Shown: positions 8,675-18,635, numbered from the stretch's first letter. The stretch is 40,581 nt of DNA from Armatimonadota bacterium (GCA_003170595.1 PMZA01000413.1:1-40581), one strand, 5' to 3'. Made by a program: numbers and translations. The notes: generated by a model not told the origin, from the letters alone.

Positions 8675-10162
8675 ATGAAGGCCGTGCCCAAGTCGACAAT
8701 CCGCATGGTGGTGCTTGGACTTGCGATCGGGACCGTGGCGGCGGCCGTGGCCCAGACATCGCCGGGCTACGTGCTGCGCTACTACCCCGCGCGCCAGATA
8801 GCGTGCGGGTATGCCAGCACGAGCACGGTGACCGGGATGCAGGTGAAGGAGTACGTGTTCTACCAACTCGCGCCACCCCCGACGCCGCGCCAGCACGTGA
8901 CGCTCGAGATGATCAAGCCGACGGCGTCGGCGGGGTTCTCGCAGGGCGGGGAGAAGCTGCCGCTTGTGTTCCTGCGGCAGGTCTTCGCCCAGCCGCAGGA
9001 CGGGGCGACGGTGGCGTACCAGCTCGTGTACAAGGGGCGGCTGTGCCGCACGGCCCTGGAGCCTTTGCAGGCAGGTGAGCAGCCGCCGAAGGTGCCCGAC
9101 CTGACCCCGGCGCAGAGGAAGCTGTATACCGCGCAGACCAACGTGGTCGACTATGGCTCGCCCATCGTGACCGGCTGGCTGGACGAAACGGGCCTGCGGA
9201 GGAAAGCCGGCGAGAGCGATCTGGACTTCGGCCGGCGCGTATTCCTCACCATGACCAAGACCTTCAAGTATGGCGGACATGGCGGCAACACGGCCTCGAA
9301 GGTTGTGAGCGAGAAGGCCGGCGTGTGCGTGGGGCTCTCGCTGGCCTTCGCGGCGGCGATGAGGGCGGGCGGGGTGCCGTGCCGGGTGCTGGACCTACAG
9401 CAGATCGGGCTGGGCGGCAACTATCGCGGGGCCGAGAAGGGTCATGCCAACAACGAGTTCTTCTGTCGGGGGATCGGGTGGGTGCCGTGCGACCTGACAG
9501 GCGGGTGCTCGAACCCCAAGGACGAGGTCGAGGCGCTGACGTACTTCGGCCAGGACCGGGGCGAGACTCTCATGCAATTCAATGGCGCGGACGACTTCAC
9601 GGTCGACACTGTGAAGTTCGGCTGCAGCCAGCCCCAGCCTGCGGCCGACTTCCGCGGCCAGTACGGGTGCGCCGTGCCGGATCAGTCCGACCAGTTCTGG
9701 GGCCTGATGTGGACCGGCAACGGGAACCAGGTGAAGTACAAGTATGACGACCACTTCTACGCGCGGATCTGGACGGACCCGGCGGCCTACGAGAAGGCCT
9801 CGCCCGACGGCGGCCCGGCGGACAGCGCGGCGAACGCGGTGGGGTTCTCCGTGTGGCGCGATGACCAAGGCTGGCATATCCGCAGCACGACGGACGGGCA
9901 GGCGCACAAGTATCAGATCAGCATCTTTCCGGAGATGGCGATCGGGCAGGGACAGCTCTTCGACCCGGGGCAGAGCGAGAAAGGGCAGGCGCAGGGGTAC
10001 CACCGGGCGCAAGCGCAGGACATGCCCGTGAAGGTGCCGGAGGGCGCGGTAGCGCTGCGGTTCCAGTTGAAGGTGGACGGGCGCGACCTGCCGAGCCTGG
10101 TGTCGATCGGCTCGCAGGGAGCGCATCCGGCGTGCCAGCCGTTCACGATGGCGGTGAAGTGA
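8675..10162 (+). CDS. Secreted transglutaminase-like (Cys-His-Asp) superfamily protein with an unassigned ~200-aa C-terminal domain (495 aa)
   Basis: Signal peptide: MKAVPKSTIRMVVLGLAIGTVAAAVAQ. The transglutaminase core is GVCVGLSLAFAAAMRAGGVPCRVL ... GHANNEFF ... GWVPCDLT, with Cys codon at 9326-9328, His at 9443-9445 and Asp at 9491-9493. The start is ambiguous: TTG 8666, ATG 8675 or GTG 8684, with GAGGAGG at 8668-8674. Confidence 0.75.
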   Translation: MKAVPKSTIRMVVLGLAIGTVAAAVAQTSPGYVLRYYPARQIACGYASTSTVTGMQVKEYVFYQLAPPPTPRQHVTLEMIKPTASAGFSQGGEKLPLVFLRQVFAQPQDGATVAYQLVYKGRLCRTALEPLQAGEQPPKVPDLTPAQRKLYTAQTNVVDYGSPIVTGWLDETGLRRKAGESDLDFGRRVFLTMTKTFKYGGHGGNTASKVVSEKAGVCVGLSLAFAAAMRAGGVPCRVLDLQQIGLGGNYRGAEKGHANNEFFCRGIGWVPCDLTGGCSNPKDEVEALTYFGQDRGETLMQFNGADDFTVDTVKFGCSQPQPAADFRGQYGCAVPDQSDQFWGLMWTGNGNQVKYKYDDHFYARIWTDPAAYEKASPDGGPADSAANAVGFSVWRDDQGWHIRSTTDGQAHKYQISIFPEMAIGQGQLFDPGQSEKGQAQGYHRAQAQDMPVKVPEGAVALRFQLKVDGRDLPSLVSIGSQGAHPACQPFTMAVK

Positions 10163-10170
10163 ACCTGGGG

Positions 10171-13100
10171 TCAGCGGCGCAGGAGGGTGACGGGCCCCAG
10201 GAGGCCCGAGGGCTGGAAGTCGCCGTAGTTGTTGTTCACCACGTTGCCGACGCGGACCCGGATGGTGTTTCGGCCGGGGCGGAGGGCTGAGGTTACGTCG
10301 AAGCGGTAGGGCGGCCAGAGCCGTGCGCCGACCTCCTTACCATTGACCCACACTTCCGCGACGTCCCGCACCTCGCCGAGGTCGAGGGTCACTGGGCCCT
10401 GCGTCGCAGGCGCGTCGACCGTGGTCTCGTAGTTGAGCAGGCCGGCGAAGCGGCGATCCAGCAGGCCCCACTCGCTCCACGGCCGGAGGTCCACGCGCAG
10501 GCCCTCAGCCCGCGTAAGCTCAGCCGGGATGGGCACCGGATGCTCGATCGGCGGCTGGACGGAGGGGTCGAGCCGGGCGATCCAGGGCCCTTCGAGGCGC
10601 GCGAAGGCGGTCCCGGTCGGGCGCTCCATCACCAGTGCGTCAGCGGGCTTCTGCATGGGATCGATGACCAGGAAGTAGGCTTCGTAGGGGTCGAAGGCCA
10701 GTTGCACCTCGGCCCCGCCCGGCTGGTTGGCCGAGGCGATGATCGAGACCCGGCCCGTCTCTGCATCCCACACGCTCGCCCGTCCGGCCAGTCCCGGCAG
10801 CCGCACGCGGCAGGTCTGCGCCTGCGCGGTGTTGTTCGCGAGCCAGAAGAAGTCGCGGCCGTCGATGCGGCGGTGGTGCTGGAGCAGGTCGAAGCCGCCG
10901 GCGAGGAACTCAAGATGACGCCGCAGGCCCGGGGCGCGCTTCTCGATCATGGGCGCGATGGTCCCCGGGCAGGCCGCGAAGGACGGGAGCTTCGCGAGGT
11001 CAGCCATGAGGCCGCGCATTGCGGGGTCGCGCATGCCTCGCTCGGCCGAGCCGGTGGGCAACTCGCCCAGCGCGTAGACCGCGCCTCCCGCCCGCGCGAA
11101 GGCCACGATTTTCTCCGCCACGTCCATCGGCAGGAGGTCCATCGGCGGGAGGACCACCGCCCGGAAGGCGTACTCGCCGTGGATGAGCCGCGGGCCCTTC
11201 ACCTGCATCTCCCGCACCTGCTTGCGGCCCGCGATCAGGTACTCGATCCGCCCGGCGGTCAGCTCGCGGATGGCCTGCGAGTACACGCGGTCGATGAGGT
11301 TGATCCGCCGGCCCTCGGGGCGGGCCTGGGAGTAGGACCACAGGTCGGGGAAGCTGGCCTGCGACGACGGGTCGAACATCTCATAGCCGCTCAGCGCCCA
11401 GAGACTGTCCATCGGGTAGAGGAGGAGCACATCGGCGGCCTCGTAGCCGTGCGCATTGACGTAGCTCGCCCGCCGCACGAAGTCGGTCCAGAGATGGAGG
11501 TAGGCGAACATCGGGCTGGTGTTGTACCAGTCGGGCGTCCACGGGTTGCCCTCGAGCTTGCGGGTCCAGAAGACGCCGTGGGGGATGACGTGGCTCATGC
11601 CCCAGGCAAAGATGGAGTTGGTGCAGCGCTTGACGTTGGGGGGGCTGAAGGTGGCCCAACTGCCCGCGCCCATGAACTCGGTCATGGCCCGCGAGCCCTG
11701 CCATTCGGCGGCCGACTGGCTTTCCTTGAAGTCGTGGACGTCTAGGGCCTTGTTGCCGAGGCAGTCCTGGCCGGGCATCGTGAGGGCGCCCTGCTGCTTG
11801 AGGTGATCGCCGACGAAGCGTAGCTGGGCGGGCAGGCTCTCCTCCCAGAAGTGGCCGGTCGTGTACATCCCACGCGCCTCGCTCCACTGGCCGACCTTGC
11901 GGTAGGTGCCCGCGTAGAGGTCGGACACGAGGTCGAACCATTCGAAGCGGGCGCGGCCGTAGACGCCCTCGGCATCCTCGTCGAGGAGGAGCGACATCCA
12001 CAGGCGAACGTCTCGGCCGTGGCGCTCGCGGTAGCGCTTGTCCAGCGACCCCGACCAGGCGAGCAGCGAACCATAGGCGCCCTCGTTGTCCATGAAATCG
12101 CCGGGGATGGAGCGGCCCATGCGCGCGCCGAAGCGCCTGGCGTAGGGCTCGACGGCGATCTTGAGGAAGGCCGGGGCGAGGCCCTCGTCGAGGTAGTTGA
12201 CCGTGCCGCCGCGGGTCTTGTGGAAGACGTAGAGGCGCCAGTCACCCTCGGCGGGGGCGGTCCAGGTGACGGGGCCGCCGTTGCCGACGATGCGCAAGGT
12301 GTCGCTGAGGATGGTGCGCGGGGTGTGCTTGCCCAGGGTGAGGCGCGAGGTGATGTTCCAGGGAGCGACGTCCGCTGCACCTATCACCTGCGGCGCGACC
12401 CAGCCCTCGGCTGCGCTCAGAGGCACGAAACCCGGCTTCATCCACCCCGCGGGAAGGTCTGTCGACGCCAGCCACGACCGGTCGGAGGGCACGCTGATCG
12501 TCTTGCCGCCCTCAAGCTGTACGGTCAGGCCGAAAATCAGCCCGGCCAGGCCGTCGTCGTTGTACGCCTGCACGGCGAGGATGTGATGCCCCGGCCCGAG
12601 GCGCGCCGTCAGGTCCCAGCCCCCGGGCACCATCCAGGGCTCGCCTTTCCCCACCTCCTCCCCGTCGAGGAAGAGGGTGTAGGCGTTGTCGACGGATATC
12701 CGCGCCCGCGCCGAGACGACCTTCGCACCGGCGGGGACGTCGAAAGTCTTGAGGAGGCCGATGGTCTGATGCTCGAGCATGGTGGGGTGCCAGATCCACG
12801 AGCCCAGCTTCACCTCGGGGCGTGGGCGCCATTCCTCGCCCGGAGGGAGCGGTTGGGCGAGGCGTGCGGCGACGGCGAAGAAGCTATCGGCCGAGCGGGC
12901 GGTCGTGCCGGGGCGGAGGTCCATCGCCTGCCACTGCAGGCTCTCCTCGGCAAGCTCGGGGTGGGCCTTGAGCACGCGCCCATGAGCCTGGAGGCAGGGC
13001 CACATGTACTCCTCGCAATAGCCGAGGTAGGCCTTGCGCGACTCGGCCTGCTTGAGGGCATCGTCGAAGGCGTCGAACCACTTGGGCGACAGCCACTCCT

Positions 13101-13425
13101 CATCCGGCAGGCTCGGCGTGCCGACCATGGACGTGCGGGCGTGGGCGTAGCCGGGGTTCATCCCTTGGGAGAGCATGACGCGCGCCATCTCGGCGGACTT
13201 GCCCTCCGTGAGGGGCTCGTCCCAGAACCAGAAGGCGAAGGGCGCGTAGATCATGTCCGGGTTGGCGAAGCCTGTCTGCAGGGAGTCGAAGGAGGCGACC
13301 TGGCGCTGGCCCCAGTTGGAGGGATTCGCAGCGTGTACGGACGGCCCGACCGTCAGCATGAGGGCCGCGGATGCCAGGACGAAGGGTCTCAGGAAGGTCC
13401 AAGTCGCGGTCACGAGGGGCGTCAT
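10171..13425 (-). CDS. GH106-like glycoside hydrolase (alpha-L-rhamnosidase-type, with jelly-roll domains), secreted (1084 aa)
   Basis: FANPDMIYAPFAFWFWDEPL follows a signal peptide (FVLASAALMLTVGPSVHA). There is an internal DNAYTLFLDGEEVGKG jelly-roll. The C-terminal LGEVRDVAEVWVNGKEVGARLWPPYRFDVTSALRPGRNTIRVRVGNVVNN is typical of this family. The ATG at 13425 is preferred over the GTG at 13518 because GC3 rises sharply after 13425. Confidence 0.7.
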   Translation of the reverse strand: MTPLVTATWTFLRPFVLASAALMLTVGPSVHAANPSNWGQRQVASFDSLQTGFANPDMIYAPFAFWFWDEPLTEGKSAEMARVMLSQGMNPGYAHARTSMVGTPSLPDEEWLSPKWFDAFDDALKQAESRKAYLGYCEEYMWPCLQAHGRVLKAHPELAEESLQWQAMDLRPGTTARSADSFFAVAARLAQPLPPGEEWRPRPEVKLGSWIWHPTMLEHQTIGLLKTFDVPAGAKVVSARARISVDNAYTLFLDGEEVGKGEPWMVPGGWDLTARLGPGHHILAVQAYNDDGLAGLIFGLTVQLEGGKTISVPSDRSWLASTDLPAGWMKPGFVPLSAAEGWVAPQVIGAADVAPWNITSRLTLGKHTPRTILSDTLRIVGNGGPVTWTAPAEGDWRLYVFHKTRGGTVNYLDEGLAPAFLKIAVEPYARRFGARMGRSIPGDFMDNEGAYGSLLAWSGSLDKRYRERHGRDVRLWMSLLLDEDAEGVYGRARFEWFDLVSDLYAGTYRKVGQWSEARGMYTTGHFWEESLPAQLRFVGDHLKQQGALTMPGQDCLGNKALDVHDFKESQSAAEWQGSRAMTEFMGAGSWATFSPPNVKRCTNSIFAWGMSHVIPHGVFWTRKLEGNPWTPDWYNTSPMFAYLHLWTDFVRRASYVNAHGYEAADVLLLYPMDSLWALSGYEMFDPSSQASFPDLWSYSQARPEGRRINLIDRVYSQAIRELTAGRIEYLIAGRKQVREMQVKGPRLIHGEYAFRAVVLPPMDLLPMDVAEKIVAFARAGGAVYALGELPTGSAERGMRDPAMRGLMADLAKLPSFAACPGTIAPMIEKRAPGLRRHLEFLAGGFDLLQHHRRIDGRDFFWLANNTAQAQTCRVRLPGLAGRASVWDAETGRVSIIASANQPGGAEVQLAFDPYEAYFLVIDPMQKPADALVMERPTGTAFARLEGPWIARLDPSVQPPIEHPVPIPAELTRAEGLRVDLRPWSEWGLLDRRFAGLLNYETTVDAPATQGPVTLDLGEVRDVAEVWVNGKEVGARLWPPYRFDVTSALRPGRNTIRVRVGNVVNNNYGDFQPSGLLGPVTLLRR

Positions 13426-13670
13426 CTCCCGGCGGAACAGCACTGTTGGGTGCAGATTCCACGCCAGCGGGAAGGCACCTGCGCCTCGGACGGCGAAGCT
13501 TGGCACGGGATGACTCACCTCTCGGCCAGATCCATGGGCTCATCCGGCCAGTAGTCGCGACGGTGGACGGCACGCAGGACGAGGCGTGGCTTGACACCCT
13601 CGCGCGGCCCCTTGGGGAGCATCAGGCGCTCAAGGCGAGGGTGGCGGGGTTAGTAGCCAAGTAGGGACTG

Positions 13671-14489
13671 CTACTTCCCTCCGGCTCCGGCGTCGGTCGC
13701 TGGAGTGCCCTGACCGTCGCCGACGGCGACCATCGCCTTGAGCAGACCATCGGCGATCACGGACATGCCATGGTCGCCCGGGTGGCCGGTGATAACGCCG
13801 GTGTAGAAGGGCTCGGCGCTGGCGAAGTTCTTGGGGTCCTGAGGGAAGGCGCTCAGGTCCACGAAGACGCGGTGGGACGGGTCCTCGGCGCAGATTTCGC
13901 GCTTGATGGGATCGATGGGGCCGCCGTCTCCGAGGAGCATGCTTGTCACGAAGATGTGCGGGTTGCTGGCGTCGCGGAGGCCGTTCATGAGCGCCCTCAG
14001 AGCGGTCCTGAAGGCGTCGGGCTTGAAGGCTGCCCTGTCCATGTTCTCGCCGAACTGGAGCACGACGATGTCCGGCTTGTAGTCGATCTGCCACTGCAGC
14101 CGCGCATTGGTGTAGGTGGGATACTGGCGCTCGAGGATGTCGGCGATGTTGACGACATTAGCGCCGTCGATGGAGGGGGCCTTGGCGGGGTCGGTGGGGC
14201 TGAGATGGAGGTGCCCACCAGTTCGGTCGTCAAGACCGGCCACAAGGAGATGGACGTAGTCCTTCTCCGGGGCGCTGGCTGCCATGCCGCAGTAGATCTT
14301 CCAGCCGCCCTCCGGCCAGATGCCGTGCAAGGTGATGCTGTTGCCGAGGATGAGGATGCGGTCGGCTTTCAGGGCGCTTAGGGTTGCAGAGGGATGCCCG
14401 TCATCGCCATGGCAAACGCACACCAGCAGACAGCCACACGCCAGGGCAGCAGAGATACGGATCAGTTCGAAGAAGCTCGCATGGATCAT
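13671..14489 (-). CDS. SGNH/GDSL-type hydrolase, probable carbohydrate esterase, secreted (272 aa)
   Basis: AGGAG lies 10 nt upstream of the ATG at 14489. The N-terminus is hydrophobic (ISAALACGCLLVCVC). Block I-like motif ILILGNSITLHG, block III-like LQFGENMD, and C-terminal GHPGDHGM. Confidence 0.7.
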   Translation of the reverse strand: MIHASFFELIRISAALACGCLLVCVCHGDDGHPSATLSALKADRILILGNSITLHGIWPEGGWKIYCGMAASAPEKDYVHLLVAGLDDRTGGHLHLSPTDPAKAPSIDGANVVNIADILERQYPTYTNARLQWQIDYKPDIVVLQFGENMDRAAFKPDAFRTALRALMNGLRDASNPHIFVTSMLLGDGGPIDPIKREICAEDPSHRVFVDLSAFPQDPKNFASAEPFYTGVITGHPGDHGMSVIADGLLKAMVAVGDGQGTPATDAGAGGK

Positions 14490-14589
14490 GGGTGATGGAC
14501 TCCTTGTATGGGTCTGGCGAGTGACCTGCCGCGACGAATGGTACCATGAATCCTGTCGGGCCCATGCTAGGACCGGGGTAACCCTAACG
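14490..14589. promoter_or_regulatory. Divergent intergenic region between the 14489(-) and 14590(+) starts
   Basis: 100-bp gap between divergent start codons. No boxes assigned. Confidence 0.35.
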
Positions 14590-16359
14590 ATGACCAGGTC
14601 GGTTCAAGTTCTTCTTGCAGGCGCACTCCTCCTGATCGCGGTCGGGCTTGCCGCTGCTGACACCGACCCCGACCACCTCTTTCCGCGTGACCAGGGCATT
14701 AGGCTTCCGGACGGGACGATGGCCGGGGCGTGGGTGACGGCGGAGAAGTACTCCCGCACGTACTACGTCGACCAGCGCAACCCCAGGGCCTCGGACGCGA
14801 GCGATGGGTCGGCGCAGCATCCCTTCCTGACGATCAATCGTGCGGCGAGGGAGGCGCAGGCCGGGGAGCGCGTGCTCGTCAGGGCGGGCATCTATCGCGA
14901 GGAAGTGCAGCCGGTGCAGGGCGGCGATGGGCCGGACCGTATGATCACCTACGAGGCCGAGGCGGGCCAGGCTGTCGTGATAAGGGGATCGTGCGTGCTG
15001 CCCAGGGCCTGGCAAAGGTCAGCGGCCTCGATATGGACGCTGCGGCTGCCGCAATCAGACTTCGCGGAGTACAACCCCTTTGCCTACGACAACATCGATG
15101 AGCGCGAGATCAACCCGGGCGACTGGAACGCTCTGCGGGACGGCCCAAAACTCCCGAGCTACACGCTCAAGCGGGGGCTGCTGTTCCAGGATGGCCGGCG
15201 ACTGAAGCAGGTCGCGCGGGCCGAGGATCTGGCCGCTGAAGAGGGGACGTACTGGGTGGATGAGGGCGGCTGGGTGCTCCGGGCGCACCTCTTCGGCGGG
15301 GCTGATCCCAACGCGTCGCTCATGGAAGCAACCAACCGCAGGCAGTGCTTCGCCCCGAAGCAGCCGGTGTCGTATGTGCGGCTGAAAGGCTTCGTCATCG
15401 AGCAGGTCGGCGACGCCTTTTCGTATCCGGTCGAGGCCGCCGTGTCGCCGATGGGTGGACACAACTGGATCATCGAGGATTGCGTCGTGCGGCATGTCAA
15501 CGCCGACGCGATCAACATCGGCAGCCGGGTCTGGACGTGGGGAGGCAACCGGACGTCCGGTGAAGGTTGGGATTGCATCGTGCGAGGCAACACCATCTCG
15601 GACTGCCGCGTCAGCGGCATCAAGGGCCTCACCCCCTTCAACTGCGTCATCGAGGACAACTGCCTCGACCACATCGGCTGGCAGGACGTCGAACTCGGCT
15701 ATGACAACGGGGGCATGAAGCTGCTGGTGTGCAGGAACCTCCTCGTCCGGCACAACCTGATCCGGGACATGATCGCGGCGCCGGGGGTCTGGCTGGACTG
15801 GGATAACGTCAACTGCCGCGTGACCCAGAACGTCTGCCTGGACATCCAGAACACGGGCGGGGCGATTTTCATCGAGGCGTCGCAGCAGACGAACTGGGTC
15901 GACCACAACGTGATCTGGAACGTCCGCGGCAACGGGGTCTACCAGCATGACACCGACGAACTGGTCGTCTTCAACAACCTGATCGGGCGGTGCACCGACG
16001 CGGCGGTGCGGATGCAGGTCTGCACGACAAGGAAGCTCAACGGGCGGCTCGTCACCTCCAAGCGGAACCAGCTGCGGGGCAATGTGATGGTGGACAACGG
16101 GGCGATCGTTTTCTTTGGCGATCCGGAGAATGGCTCTGACTACAACGTGGTTGGGAATGGGAGAGATGCGCAGGCGCTGGCGACGTGGCAGAAGGCGTCA
16201 GGCAAAGATGCCCACAGCCAACAGATACCTAGCCGGGCCGCAGTCGAGGGTTTGACCTTAAGGCTTGAGTGGACGCTACCGAAGGATTTCCTGCCCGGCC
16301 CGTTCAACCGGGACGCGGCATCCAAGAGGACGATGCGATTGTTCGCGCCGCGCAGCTGA
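14590..16359 (+). CDS. Right-handed parallel beta-helix repeat protein (DUF1565/pectate-lyase-fold), secreted (589 aa)
   Basis: Signal peptide: MTRSVQVLLAGALLLIAVGLAAA. HPFLTINRAAREAQAGERVLVRAGIYRE is typical of the beta-helix N-terminal cap. Repeated short N/G/I-rich rungs are present (NTISDCRVSGIKG, NCVIEDNCLDHIG, NLLVRHNLIRD, VFNNLIGRC). The upstream part of ORF 14320.. overlaps the divergent gene and its promoter region. Confidence 0.75.
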   Translation: MTRSVQVLLAGALLLIAVGLAAADTDPDHLFPRDQGIRLPDGTMAGAWVTAEKYSRTYYVDQRNPRASDASDGSAQHPFLTINRAAREAQAGERVLVRAGIYREEVQPVQGGDGPDRMITYEAEAGQAVVIRGSCVLPRAWQRSAASIWTLRLPQSDFAEYNPFAYDNIDEREINPGDWNALRDGPKLPSYTLKRGLLFQDGRRLKQVARAEDLAAEEGTYWVDEGGWVLRAHLFGGADPNASLMEATNRRQCFAPKQPVSYVRLKGFVIEQVGDAFSYPVEAAVSPMGGHNWIIEDCVVRHVNADAINIGSRVWTWGGNRTSGEGWDCIVRGNTISDCRVSGIKGLTPFNCVIEDNCLDHIGWQDVELGYDNGGMKLLVCRNLLVRHNLIRDMIAAPGVWLDWDNVNCRVTQNVCLDIQNTGGAIFIEASQQTNWVDHNVIWNVRGNGVYQHDTDELVVFNNLIGRCTDAAVRMQVCTTRKLNGRLVTSKRNQLRGNVMVDNGAIVFFGDPENGSDYNVVGNGRDAQALATWQKASGKDAHSQQIPSRAAVEGLTLRLEWTLPKDFLPGPFNRDAASKRTMRLFAPRS

Positions 16360-16370
16360 AGGAAGCCGCG

Positions 16371-16389
16371 GCGCGGGAAGAACCCGCGC
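16371..16389. terminator. GC hairpin between convergent genes; possible bidirectional terminator
   Basis: gcgcggg-aagaa-cccgcgc forms a 7-bp stem with a 5-nt loop. It sits 12 nt after the + gene stop (16357-16359) and 29 nt from the - gene stop (16418). No U-tract on either side. Confidence 0.3.
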
Positions 16390-16417
16390 TCTACAGAGAG
16401 CGGAAACCTAGACGCGC

Positions 16418-18568
16418 TCAGTGTGCTTGCGCTGCCTGGAGTGCTCTTCGGATTGCCTCGGGAGTTGAGCCCAGGGCCGGCCCCAGGGCCTTCAGCCCCG
16501 GCGGGAGCTGTGAGTAACATGCCCCCAGCCGCTTGGCCCTCTCCGCGTCGGCGGCGAAGGCGATCAGGCCCTGCAGCACGTCCGCCCGCTCGGCCGCTGG
16601 GAAGTCCAGCCGCACGACGTTGACCGGTGTCGCCGCGCCCGACGGCAGGGCGCTGACAGGCCGGTACTCCTTCCCCTGCAAGCGCATCATGAGCCGCGTC
16701 AGCTTGGGCACGGTGATCTGGTCGGCGACGATACCCCGCGCGAGAGCCCAGTCCATGAAGGGCGAGTAGGCCGGGTTGAACCAGTAGCAGAAATGCCCGG
16801 CCGCAGGCTGGGGCGGCCCCTCGTCGACCACGTCGATGCTCCACACGCGAGTCTTCGAGAAGGGCAGATCGAGCGCGGGCGCCTGCCCGGTCATCGGCTT
16901 GCCCGTGGTCAGTGATGGGGCCCCGGCGGGAAGCGGCAGGAGGAAGGTCTCGTAGGACGACTTGGGCAGTAGATCGAGCAGCCTCGCCCGGGTCTGGGGG
17001 CGCTTCATCAGGGCGGCGATGGACGAGGTGAAGCCGTCCGGATACACGCCCGGCTTCGGCGCGCGGAGGAACTGCGCCCCGACCTGATCCACCGGCACCA
17101 GCATGTCGCCCGTGGACCATACCACCTGCACCGGCGCGGTGATGCTATCGAGTTGGCTGAGCGGGGAGGCCATGAGCCACGAGTCGGCATCGGTGTCGTC
17201 GCCCAAGGTCTTCACACCGATCTCGGCGAGAGAGAGGACCACAGTGAGCACGGGCAGCGTCGGGTCCTTCCCGCCGGGCGGGATGGCGCGGGCCAGGGCG
17301 CTGTTGTGGAGGAAGTAGGCGGCGTTGTAGCCCCAGTTCACCGGCGGCACCATGGGCGTCGCACAGACGAGGGGGAAGCTCTCGGCGGTTAGCATGAGGG
17401 TCATGTATCCGCCAGCGCTGCCGCCCTGGATCATCACCTTCGCGTCATCCACGCAGGGGAGCGCCCGCGTCGCGTGGAGGAGCGCGACGTCGAGATTCGG
17501 GCCTCGGTCCATCGGATTGACCGGGTTCGCGTGCGGGGTCGAGACGATCCAGCCCTTCGCGGCGAGGCCCGTCGCGCTGCCGGCGTCGAGTTCGTAGCCC
17601 GCGTTGTACATGAGAGGCACGCGAGCTTTGGGATCGCGGCGCACCTGCGGCGGGAGGTAGACGCACGCCTGCGCCTTCTCCGTCTTGCCGTCGAAGGTGC
17701 GGTAGAGGAATTCGACGGTCAGCTGGCCGCCGAAGTCGTCGCCTATCGGGATCTCGGTGGAGTCGAGACGGCGGAAGCGGTGGGCGAAGGTGTCGGGCTC
17801 GGCGGTGTTGGGGAATAGCTTGACCAGCCACCCCGGCTCGGAGGCAGGCTTCTCCGGGCCGACATTACCGGCGAGAGCGAGGAAGCCCCAGCCGTTGGCA
17901 TCGTCGGCGCTGGGAGTGAACACGCCGCCGAACTCCGTGCCCTCGAGCTTGGGTGCGAAGTCGTCGGCGAAGACGAGGTTGAACTTGACCCGGTCGCCGG
18001 GCCTGGCCGCGAGGTCCTCGCCATCGCCGGAGTTCAAGGGGAAGCCATACTCGGCCGTCCACTGGCCCGCCTCCCACCGCATGGCGCCGTTGCCGTTCTT
18101 CACCTTGTCGTCCGCATCCTGGCCGGGGACGACGACGTGCTTATCCCCATACATCATGGGGAGGAGGATCTTGCGGTCGTCGCCGGCGGCGATCTTTTCG
18201 CCCCTGCAGAAGGCGAGGATCATCAGATCGCACTTGACCGGATCGAGGGAGGCCTGGCGCTCGGCATCCGGGACGCGGAGGGCGATGTAGAGGTTCGTGT
18301 CCGAGTTCATGACCCACAGCTCGGCCGGGCGGGGCTGGACGGGGCCGGTGGTGCGGTTCATCTGCATCGAGAAGGTGTAATGGGCGGCGGCATCCCACTC
18401 GCCGGGGTCGAGGCGGCCGTCGATGCGAGGTGCCTGCGGGCAGGGGGCGGAGCGGACGTCGACTCCGGACGGAAGCTGAGCGCAGGAGGTCTGCAGGCAC
18501 AGGACGATCGCCGCAAAGGCGAGGGCCAAGGTCATGCGGGTGCCTGGCTCGAAGTCGCTGAGGTCCAT
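16418..18568 (-). CDS. Secreted CBM9/DOMON-like N-terminal domain fused to an alpha/beta-hydrolase (S9 peptidase/esterase-like) (716 aa)
   Basis: Signal peptide: MTLALAFAAIVLCLQTSCAQ. APRIDGRLDPGEWDAAAHYTF is typical of CBM9-like domains. The nucleophile elbow is VMIQGGSAGGYMTLM (G-x-S-x-G). The start could be ATG 18568 or ATG 18535. Confidence 0.7.
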   Translation of the reverse strand: MDLSDFEPGTRMTLALAFAAIVLCLQTSCAQLPSGVDVRSAPCPQAPRIDGRLDPGEWDAAAHYTFSMQMNRTTGPVQPRPAELWVMNSDTNLYIALRVPDAERQASLDPVKCDLMILAFCRGEKIAAGDDRKILLPMMYGDKHVVVPGQDADDKVKNGNGAMRWEAGQWTAEYGFPLNSGDGEDLAARPGDRVKFNLVFADDFAPKLEGTEFGGVFTPSADDANGWGFLALAGNVGPEKPASEPGWLVKLFPNTAEPDTFAHRFRRLDSTEIPIGDDFGGQLTVEFLYRTFDGKTEKAQACVYLPPQVRRDPKARVPLMYNAGYELDAGSATGLAAKGWIVSTPHANPVNPMDRGPNLDVALLHATRALPCVDDAKVMIQGGSAGGYMTLMLTAESFPLVCATPMVPPVNWGYNAAYFLHNSALARAIPPGGKDPTLPVLTVVLSLAEIGVKTLGDDTDADSWLMASPLSQLDSITAPVQVVWSTGDMLVPVDQVGAQFLRAPKPGVYPDGFTSSIAALMKRPQTRARLLDLLPKSSYETFLLPLPAGAPSLTTGKPMTGQAPALDLPFSKTRVWSIDVVDEGPPQPAAGHFCYWFNPAYSPFMDWALARGIVADQITVPKLTRLMMRLQGKEYRPVSALPSGAATPVNVVRLDFPAAERADVLQGLIAFAADAERAKRLGACYSQLPPGLKALGPALGSTPEAIRRALQAAQAH

Positions 18569-18629
18569 GTGGTTTCCGTCCTGCGCTTAGTCTCGAAGGC
18601 CCCTTCTGTGGAACGATAGCACCCGCGAC

Positions 18630-18635
18630 ATTATC
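18630..18635 (-). promoter_or_regulatory. Possible -10 element (GATAAT on the minus strand) upstream of the 18568 gene
   Basis: An AT-rich hexamer in an otherwise GC-rich 84-bp gap, about 62 nt upstream of the ATG. I found no convincing -35. Confidence 0.2.

Noticed and set aside
13659-13676. A small hairpin (aagtag-ggactg-ctactt) overlapping the stop codon of the SGNH gene, considered as a possible terminator.
   Set aside because: The stem is only 6 bp and AT-rich, there is no U-tract, and the downstream gene on the same strand probably needs read-through or its own promoter. It is not distinguishable from chance.
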